Source of the DNA: a virus
Taxonomy: Duplodnaviria; Caudoviricetes
IMG/VR virus record: IMGVR_UViG_3300012936_002700
Span: 1 to 54,265 of that record
Reading direction: 5' to 3' (one strand)
Length of the DNA: 54,265 nt
Below, in pieces: positions 48,020 through 54,265 of the stretch (the first letter of the stretch is position 1; each line of letters begins with the position of its first letter). The position numbers were made by a program, and so were the translations under genes. The notes below the pieces were generated by a model that saw nothing but the letters and a program-made list of their open reading frames with translations, ran no database searches and had not been told where the DNA came from.

Positions 48020-48048
48020 ATTATATACTTATTTCAGGCGTTTGTCAA
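48020..48048 (-). promoter_or_regulatory. Consensus sigma70 promoter, 6 nt before the dnaJ ATG (leaderless geometry)
   Basis: TTGACA-17 nt-TATAAT-actgct-ATG. Confidence 0.8.
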
Positions 48049-48051
48049 TGA

Positions 48052-48351
48052 TTATTTGTCTGACTTCTTAGATGTACCTGTGTAAAGACCAAACCATGCC
48101 GCGCCAGCACCAACTACAATACTAATCAAACCACTTTGTTCCATTGTAGGTGCCGCCAAGTTCATATACCAAATTACACATTTGTATAACAATATGATGT
48201 AAACTGTTAAAAACAATCTTGGAAAAATTCTCCAAGCATCAACTGCCTTTGCTAAATGGATAAGTCCTTGATAAGGATTCTGCGAACTATCTGTAGTTGT
48301 TGTATCAACTTCAAGATCGATTTGTACACTCTTTTTAACTGGATCACTCAT
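48052..48351 (-). CDS. Two-TM membrane protein, holin candidate
   Basis: D.WRIFPR plus two hydrophobic helices; near lysis genes. Confidence 0.5.
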   Translation of the reverse strand: MSDPVKKSVQIDLEVDTTTTDSSQNPYQGLIHLAKAVDAWRIFPRLFLTVYIILLYKCVIWYMNLAAPTMEQSGLISIVVGAGAAWFGLYTGTSKKSDK

Positions 48352-48632
48352 TATTTTTTACCCTCAAGTTTTTTAAGACGACTTTCAAGTTCGTCTATCT
48401 TCTTAGTCACGTATGGATACTTTTTACGCCAAGCATCTTTGTCCTGTTTAAACCAAGTCCAACCCCAACGTTCGACTAAAAAGTCTACAGTGAGATCAAA
48501 TTTAGCATATAGCCATAGTCCCAATCGTGTGCTTTTGAAATATGTTGAAAATGCTAATCCAAACAATGACCCTACTAATGCTGTGTAGATCCACAGTCTA
48601 TCAGTTGCCATTCTTTCAATCATTTCCCACAT
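48351..48632 (-). CDS. Small membrane protein
   Basis: One TM segment and a basic coiled-coil tail. Confidence 0.65.
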   Translation of the reverse strand: MWEMIERMATDRLWIYTALVGSLFGLAFSTYFKSTRLGLWLYAKFDLTVDFLVERWGWTWFKQDKDAWRKKYPYVTKKIDELESRLKKLEGKK

Positions 48633-48673
48633 AATTTTCGCCCTTCTTTATTATGTAAGTATTTATCTATATA

Positions 48674-48841
48674 TTAGAAAGAACAGGATAGTTCACCCTT
48701 GGGTTTGTAGTTTTCTCTTTTGTTAAGATCTTCTATAGTGTTTGCTTCAACGTCAACTCCAGGCTTAATTTTGCAGTTATTTTTAGCAGAACATGAGGCC
48801 AGAACGATCGCTACTGACAATATGGTTAGTATCCTAAACAT
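48674..48841 (-). CDS. Small lipoprotein (55 aa, not in track)
   Basis: MFRILTILSVAIVLASC lipobox ... ELSCSF. Confidence 0.65.
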   Translation of the reverse strand: MFRILTILSVAIVLASCSAKNNCKIKPGVDVEANTIEDLNKRENYKPKGELSCSF

Positions 48842-48847
48842 ATTATC

Positions 48848-49207
48848 TTATTTTGTTTGGTCGCTTTCGTAATATTCTTTGTATTGATCAATAACCTGAC
48901 GTTGCTTGATCATGTATGCACGGATCTGTGCAAAGTTTTTAGAAAGAAATTCGTAATCTTTATCGCTTAAACCAAATAGCACAGGGTCTTTACCTTCTTC
49001 TTTTAGTTTAGCAAATACTTCATCTGCATTTTCGCTTGTAATGATTACCCATTTCAAAGGTTCCATCTTAACCGCTTCTGGATATGGCAAGTTCAAATTT
49101 TCTCTTGGAACTTCTTGTTCAAAGATTTTTAATTCTTTCACAGTAGAACACCCACTCACTGCTATAGCAAGTAAGGCAATAATTAATATTTTACTCATAC
49201 GGTACAT
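48848..49207 (-). CDS. Outer-membrane lipoprotein, o-spanin candidate
   Basis: Signal peptide with VSGC lipobox; overlaps the 3' end of the i-spanin candidate. Confidence 0.65.
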   Translation of the reverse strand: MYRMSKILIIALLAIAVSGCSTVKELKIFEQEVPRENLNLPYPEAVKMEPLKWVIITSENADEVFAKLKEEGKDPVLFGLSDKDYEFLSKNFAQIRAYMIKQRQVIDQYKEYYESDQTK

Positions 49208-49679
49208 AATTTGGATTTGCTATACTCGGACATTCAGAATTAATTTCTGATTTCAGTGTAGCATTTATTTCCTTCTCTGTTAGTTCTGCTCCCATAGCAA
49301 TTTCTACACATCTCATTGCTTTCTTGGTAGCATTGTTTATAACACGTTCTACTGACTCTGATCTTTTTACAGCAAGATCACCTAAGTCTCTTACTTCACC
49401 ACGACCATTTATTTTATTAAAACGTTTGTCCAGAGCGGCAAACTCTGCGGCAAGCGTTTTATTTGTTTTTTCAAGTTCTTTGTTTGCGGCCAATATTGCT
49501 TTGAAGTCATTTGCCTGTTGTTCTATCACAGCCTTTTGACTTTCAACACTTTTTTCTAACTTTAAATTGTTTGCTTCTGATGTAGCCAAGTCTGCTTTAA
49601 GATTCTTAACATACACAAAGCCACCGCCGGCACCTGCCAACATAATTAAAACCATTGCTATTTTAATTGATCCAAACAT
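49191..49679 (-). CDS. i-spanin candidate
   Basis: N-terminal TM, long coiled coil, C-terminal Cys residues. Confidence 0.65.
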   Translation of the reverse strand: MFGSIKIAMVLIMLAGAGGGFVYVKNLKADLATSEANNLKLEKSVESQKAVIEQQANDFKAILAANKELEKTNKTLAAEFAALDKRFNKINGRGEVRDLGDLAVKRSESVERVINNATKKAMRCVEIAMGAELTEKEINATLKSEINSECPSIANPNYVPYE

Positions 49680-49894
49680 TATGCTTCTACCAGTTTAATA
49701 AAGTCGCCAACTGTTTTTACGTTTGCTTCGTCTTCACTTGAAATAGTTTTGCCTGTTGCTTCTTGTATCGCAACTGCTAACTCAATAATATCAAACTCGT
49801 CTGCACCTAAGTCATCTATCAAAGATGCTTCTGGTACTACCTTAGATACATCAACGTCTAAATGTTCTGCAATGGCTTTAACGACTTTTTCCAT
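49679..49894 (-). CDS. Acyl carrier protein homologue lacking the phosphopantetheine serine
   Basis: EASLIDDLGADEFD.IEL...I...I...D...VKTVGD; canonical motif is DLGADSLD; probable start at 49894. Confidence 0.85.
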   Translation of the reverse strand: MEKVVKAIAEHLDVDVSKVVPEASLIDDLGADEFDIIELAVAIQEATGKTISSEDEANVKTVGDFIKLVEA

Positions 49895-50058
49895 TATCTT
49901 CTTCCTTGTTTGCAAACTTCGATGGTAATTGGCTTACCATCTCCGTCAAGCATTTCCTTAAAAAGAGGTCCTTCGTGATATTCGTGTCCACAGTTAGAAC
50001 AGCCTACTTGGCCATTCCCAACGCTGTGTCCTTCGTTTCTGTTACTCTGCGTGTCCAT
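49894..50058 (-). CDS. Small Cys/His protein (54 aa, not in track)
   Basis: MDTQSNRNEGHSVGNGQVGCSNCGHEYHEGPLFKEMLDGDGKPITIEVCKQGRR; its TAA overlaps the ACP ATG. Confidence 0.45.
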   Translation of the reverse strand: MDTQSNRNEGHSVGNGQVGCSNCGHEYHEGPLFKEMLDGDGKPITIEVCKQGRR

Positions 50059-50531
50059 CCTCTACCAAATGTTTTAAATGTTGATAATGACTCATAGTAA
50101 TCTTGGCGAATCTGTTGGTAGTCTTCGATTGCTTTTGCAACACCATGTGTTTCTACATAGCCTTTTGTTTTTGCAATAGTGTTTGGTCCAATCCAACCAT
50201 CTACTTTTGATCCTGCCATTTGTTGTAAGAATTTAGTTGCTCTATGTCTACCTGCATTTACACACATATCAAAGACACATAAGTCTAAACCTGCTGGAAT
50301 TTCATCTGCCATGATAGCAGTCCAGTAATTCTTTTTGTAAATTGGAGTAACATCTTCAACTGTTAACTCTTTAATTTTATCTTTAGTAACTACTTTACCT
50401 ACCCAATCTTCGTAAGTTTGTTTTGTAACGCCCATATTAGTAGCACCACCTGGGTCTTTTGGATGATCTACATAACCACCTTCATGATGAAGGATAATTT
50501 CTAAGCACTTCTTAAAGTTCTCTGTTGCCAT
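50004..50531 (-). CDS. Endolysin, glycoside hydrolase family 108 with PG-binding region
   Basis: HEGGYVDHPKDPGGATNMG, Y...YW, DG.IGP.T, F..GW..R. Confidence 0.92.
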   Translation of the reverse strand: MATENFKKCLEIILHHEGGYVDHPKDPGGATNMGVTKQTYEDWVGKVVTKDKIKELTVEDVTPIYKKNYWTAIMADEIPAGLDLCVFDMCVNAGRHRATKFLQQMAGSKVDGWIGPNTIAKTKGYVETHGVAKAIEDYQQIRQDYYESLSTFKTFGRGWTRRVTETKDTALGMAK

Positions 50532-50533
50532 TT

Positions 50534-51247
50534 TTAATAACCTCTTTTTAATATTAAACTGTGGCCTTCGTTTTCAAGCACTATCTTCTTACCATATTTT
50601 GTAATATTGTAATCACCTAAGTACTTTGTCAAGTAAATGACCTCAGCGAAGCCGTTAACATCTAACGCTTCATTGATATTTATCTCCTCATTAGCGCCAA
50701 AGTCGATAACTTTGAATACTACTGGATCCTTATATTTATTTTGGATTTTCAAAGTGCTTTCATCTAACATTTCGATACTATCAGCATAACTTTTGTTAAA
50801 AAAGTTTTTGTAGTTGTCCATATGTGATTCTGTAACTCTGATGTCATATGCTTCTTTGTCTGTAGGAATCATTTCTGCTAAATTACTGTCTGATGCATCA
50901 TGACTCTTGAAACTTTTATAGTATCTAAATTTCATACCATCTAAGCCTGCTATTTTTTGAATGCCGTCAATCATTTCATAAATGTTCATTGGACTGTCTT
51001 TTGTTCTTTCTATTTCAACAAATACTTTATACATACCGTCTGATTGTTCACCAGCAGTTGCATCAGCATCTAAAACAAAAGGGTAACCTTTTTCTAAAAA
51101 GTTTTCTAAGTCTTTAGCACTTGATTCATTTTTTGTGGAAAAACTTAAAACACAAATGTCTTGATCTTTTCCCATTTTTGATTTGTAAGAATCTATTTCA
51201 AAAATTCTATCTACGAGGTGTTTTAAATCGTCTTTGCGTAAACCCAT
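50534..51247 (-). CDS. Hypothetical protein
   Basis: ORF; EID.YKSKMG...FLEKGY..VLDAD. Confidence 0.75.
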   Translation of the reverse strand: MGLRKDDLKHLVDRIFEIDSYKSKMGKDQDICVLSFSTKNESSAKDLENFLEKGYPFVLDADATAGEQSDGMYKVFVEIERTKDSPMNIYEMIDGIQKIAGLDGMKFRYYKSFKSHDASDSNLAEMIPTDKEAYDIRVTESHMDNYKNFFNKSYADSIEMLDESTLKIQNKYKDPVVFKVIDFGANEEININEALDVNGFAEVIYLTKYLGDYNITKYGKKIVLENEGHSLILKRGY

Positions 51248-51801
51248 TATACTGCTCCTTCTGCTGGAACTTCTGCACCTGCTCCTACACCTGGTTCAAC
51301 ACCTGCTTCTGCTGGTTGTGCTTCTGGTGTTGGTGCTTGTTCTGCACCTGGCTCAGTAGTTAAGTCTAACATTTCATTGTAGCCACTATAGATATCTACA
51401 ATTAATTTCTTCGGCATCATGATTTCAACAATCCAAATAGGTTCTCTATCAAGTTTACCTTTTTTAGTGCCGGGTCTAATATCACCTGGTTGTTTAATTT
51501 TACGTGGTTTTAGGATATAATCTTTTTTGTATGTTACTTTACAATCGTAATCAAGTAATCTCTTCCCGCCCATTGGATCAGGCATATTGTCTCTTTCCCA
51601 CATAAATTGACAAATTACCCAATGACGCTTAATTTGCGGGCCTGCAACTAATTCGCCATCTTCCCAGTTATCATAAACGTATAAATCTAACTCATCAAGT
51701 ACACGTTCAAAGTCTTTAAGCACTGTAAAAGCGGTATCGCTTTCGTAAATGCCTTGCACGTTTTTAATAACTTCGACTACATCTTTCATATTAGTATCCA
51801 A
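51247..51801 (-). CDS. Hypothetical protein
   Basis: ORF preceded by TAAATA (51813-51818). Confidence 0.75.
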   Translation of the reverse strand: MDTNMKDVVEVIKNVQGIYESDTAFTVLKDFERVLDELDLYVYDNWEDGELVAGPQIKRHWVICQFMWERDNMPDPMGGKRLLDYDCKVTYKKDYILKPRKIKQPGDIRPGTKKGKLDREPIWIVEIMMPKKLIVDIYSGYNEMLDLTTEPGAEQAPTPEAQPAEAGVEPGVGAGAEVPAEGAV

Positions 51802-51957
51802 TCTTATACACTTATTTATCCGGTTTACGTTTATAAGTTAGCAGTTTTGTCATGAAGGTAACCTGCTAAATATTTTTGTAGAACGCAGAAGATATAGCGT
51901 CTACGCTATGTTAATGCAGTATCTACGGTACTTATATAATCCAGATAGGAGGACTGC

Positions 51958-52686
51958 ATGGGTGCAAAACGAAGTGCTCGGAAGAGCAAACACTACAATA
52001 GCAATATTGTGGAAATCAACAAGTTTCTTCCTCAGAAGAAAAAAGAAGTCAAAATCCTTCCAAGAAATATTAATCAAGAAACATACGTGTTACAACTGTT
52101 AGACTCTAAGAAAGACATAGTCTTTGGCATAGGGCCGGCAGGAACAGGTAAAACTCTGTTGGCCGTACAAGTCGCGATTAAACAATTCAAAGAAGGTAAT
52201 GTCGATAAAATTATCGTCACAAGACCCGCCGTAAGTGCGGACGAAGATTTAGGTTTTTTACCTGGTACATTAGAAGAAAAAATGGCACCTTGGACAAGAC
52301 CTATTTTTGATGTCCTTAAAGAGTATTTTACAGCACATGAAATTTCAGGTATGATACAAGAAGGTGTAATAGAAATTGCACCACTTGCATATATGCGTGG
52401 AAGAACGTTTAAGAGAGCGTTTATCATTGCTGATGAAATGCAAAATGCTACACAAAATCAAATGAAGATGTTACTTACTCGTTTAGGTATTGGTTCAGCA
52501 ATGGCTGTAACAGGCGATTTGAATCAAGCAGATAGATTACGTGATAATGGCTTAATTGATTTTTGTAGACACTTAGATAATAAAGGTGGTGCTCACAGGA
52601 TCGATGTTGTCGAGTTTACAAAAGGAGATATTGAACGACACGATGCAGTCAAAGAAGTATTAGAAATTTATGGAGATGTAGTTTAA
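51958..52686 (+). CDS. phoH: PhoH-like ATPase
   Basis: GPAGTGKT, TRP, LGFLPG, YMRGRT, DEMQN, LTRLG, TGD..Q.D. Confidence 0.95.
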   Translation: MGAKRSARKSKHYNSNIVEINKFLPQKKKEVKILPRNINQETYVLQLLDSKKDIVFGIGPAGTGKTLLAVQVAIKQFKEGNVDKIIVTRPAVSADEDLGFLPGTLEEKMAPWTRPIFDVLKEYFTAHEISGMIQEGVIEIAPLAYMRGRTFKRAFIIADEMQNATQNQMKMLLTRLGIGSAMAVTGDLNQADRLRDNGLIDFCRHLDNKGGAHRIDVVEFTKGDIERHDAVKEVLEIYGDVV

Positions 52687-53459
52687 CTACAAGGTAAGTC
52701 GGTGTCTTTAGCATCGACTCTATAAAGTTTCTTTTGCTTTACCCACTTGATCCAGCCTGCAAAGGTCATACTATGTAGGCTGGACACAGCCCAATGACGC
52801 TTCATTACTGTTTCTGACATTTCTTGTGTTAGTGCAGTAGTTACTTCTCGTTTGAAAGGTACAACTTGCACAATAGGTTCACCCATCTTTATAATTGTAG
52901 GCTTGATTTCTTTTAGCATAATGTTGATAGGACTTTGTGGTGCTCCAGTATCATGATCAATTACACCTGGGACTGCTTCCCAGTTTCTTCCTTCGCTATG
53001 ATAATACATAGGCAAATATAAAGTACTGTATCCTTTAGGTTGCCATGTAAACCATGGATTGTCTAATTTAACAGCACCTCTTACACTAAATTTACCTGCC
53101 ATAAATCCGTCTAATTGTTCTTCAGGATGATATGCATCATTATATTCAGGTGAAGAATATCTTGTTTCTATATGATTGCCATCGGGTGTTGGTGTTATTT
53201 CTATATCACACCAAGCAGGAATAACAAATCCCATGCTCATATAATCAGTTATACCAGGACATGAACGTATTGTTTTCTTACTATCGATGTTATGTTTCTC
53301 TTTACCATCTTCAAAGTAAGGACTCATCTTTTTAAATTTTTCAGGAAAGAATTTACCAGCAGGTTGGATTGGTGCATACTTACGCACACCCCAATTATTA
53401 CAGGCAAAACTAATTGCATATTTTTTCTTTCCGAACATATTTTTAATTATTGGAATCAT
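52683..53459 (-). CDS. Hypothetical protein
   Basis: ORF; CPG..DY...GF.IP.W and PG..D motifs. Confidence 0.7.
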   Translation of the reverse strand: MIPIIKNMFGKKKYAISFACNNWGVRKYAPIQPAGKFFPEKFKKMSPYFEDGKEKHNIDSKKTIRSCPGITDYMSMGFVIPAWCDIEITPTPDGNHIETRYSSPEYNDAYHPEEQLDGFMAGKFSVRGAVKLDNPWFTWQPKGYSTLYLPMYYHSEGRNWEAVPGVIDHDTGAPQSPINIMLKEIKPTIIKMGEPIVQVVPFKREVTTALTQEMSETVMKRHWAVSSLHSMTFAGWIKWVKQKKLYRVDAKDTDLPCS

Positions 53460-53466
53460 ATTTTGG

Positions 53467-54147
53467 TTAACTAATATCTGACTTGAAATCGTCCATCAAT
53501 GGAAATATTTGTGCAATTACTTTTGCACAGGCATGAGCAATTTCCATATGTTCTTTTTGTGTTCCATTTGCACCACGTAATTCAATGTAATGCACCCAAG
53601 AACGTAAAGTTCCATTCATATATAATCTTGTTTTTGTAAGTCCTTCGGGTAACACAACACGAGCCTGTTCTTTAGCAATACCTTTTTGGATTGCCCAATC
53701 ATATGCTTCTTTACAAGTTTCAATAACTTTCTTTTGATAGTGACCCCAATCCATCTCTAATTGTGTATCTTGCACTTCAATACTATTTTGTCTGTTCTTT
53801 TTATCTTGTAATCTTGGTTCTCTGTATGTAAAAGCATTTTCCATGTCTTGTGGATTTGCATATCGTTGACTGAACTCTTGGAAACTAAAACTTCTGTGTC
53901 TTACTATTTGATGTGCAATGTCTCTTGTGGTGTCTATTTCAAGACAAGCACTTACCATTTCAAGTGGAGACCAGTGAGCGTGTTTAATCAAATACTTAAT
54001 TAATTTTGCACTTGTTTCTCTGTTTACTTGTGCTGATGGATTACTTACTCTTGCACAATAGGCAATCAAGTCTTGTGCATCTTTTAAGTAAGATGCTGTT
54101 AAGCCTTCAACTGGTTGTGAATAACTTACTAATTTTACATTTGTCAT
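53467..54147 (-). CDS. thyX: Flavin-dependent thymidylate synthase
   Basis: H.SPLE, QIVRHRSFSFQEFSQRY, KEQAR..LP, QKEH. Confidence 0.95.
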   Translation of the reverse strand: MTNVKLVSYSQPVEGLTASYLKDAQDLIAYCARVSNPSAQVNRETSAKLIKYLIKHAHWSPLEMVSACLEIDTTRDIAHQIVRHRSFSFQEFSQRYANPQDMENAFTYREPRLQDKKNRQNSIEVQDTQLEMDWGHYQKKVIETCKEAYDWAIQKGIAKEQARVVLPEGLTKTRLYMNGTLRSWVHYIELRGANGTQKEHMEIAHACAKVIAQIFPLMDDFKSDIS

Positions 54148-54265
54148 TGCTGTTCTCCTGCTTTATTGACTGTGCAACTAATGTTGCCTGATACTGCTAC
54201 TCTATCGTGTGTGCATTGTTGTATAGGGACACTATGGCTTACAATACCTGGAAAAATAACCATTA
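54144..54265 (-). CDS. C-terminus of a putative Fe(II)/2OG oxygenase (partial)
   Basis: MVIFPGIVSHSVP...DRVAVSGNI. Confidence 0.6.
   Translation of the reverse strand, partial: MVIFPGIVSHSVPIQQCTHDRVAVSGNISCTVNKAGEQQ

Noticed and set aside
1844-54191. Many short opposite-strand ORFs in the track (e.g. 7127, 20156, 32524, 43260, 45828, 52074)
   Set aside because: They are antisense shadows of well-supported genes, with no motifs or RBS
1-54265. tRNA genes, CRISPR arrays, integrase or transposase, alternative genetic code
   Set aside because: Intergenic gaps are short with no cloverleaf or repeat-spacer pattern seen by eye; known genes are intact in the standard code and all three stop codons terminate genes

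Overview
A 54-kb, AT-rich, gene-dense, mostly minus-strand segment of a large tailed dsDNA phage of the T4-like type (family-B DNA polymerase, sliding clamp, RNase H, DsbA-like protein, PhoH, ThyX, T4-like TAAATA late motifs). A GH108 endolysin with a spanin pair implies a Gram-negative host. Left to right: (1) an island of three radical-SAM genes, a kinase-like gene, an Asp/Asn hydroxylase-like gene, a QueC-like PP-loop gene and a GNAT gene beside a tail-fibre gene; (2) peroxiredoxin and a MoxR AAA+/VWA-metallopeptidase pair; (3) a 7-deazaguanine DNA-modification neighbourhood (queE, folE, a QueD paralogue with LxxxHRHxF, a TGT/DpdA-like protein) mixed with a glycosyltransferase, class-III aminotransferase, PRTase, HIT protein, epimerase and MBD4-like glycosylase, running into the replication genes; (4) about 7 kb of ORFs with similar short N-terminal leaders, built from small modules joined at Glu sites, which I interpret as capsid-targeted, protease-processed polyproteins carrying HAD, ParB-like and nucleotidyltransferase cargo; (5) ClpA, peptide deformylase and DnaJ; (6) a lysis cassette containing an ACP homologue whose phosphopantetheine Ser is replaced by Glu. 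I saw no tRNA, CRISPR array, integrase or intein. All calls come from manual motif reading; no database search was run.
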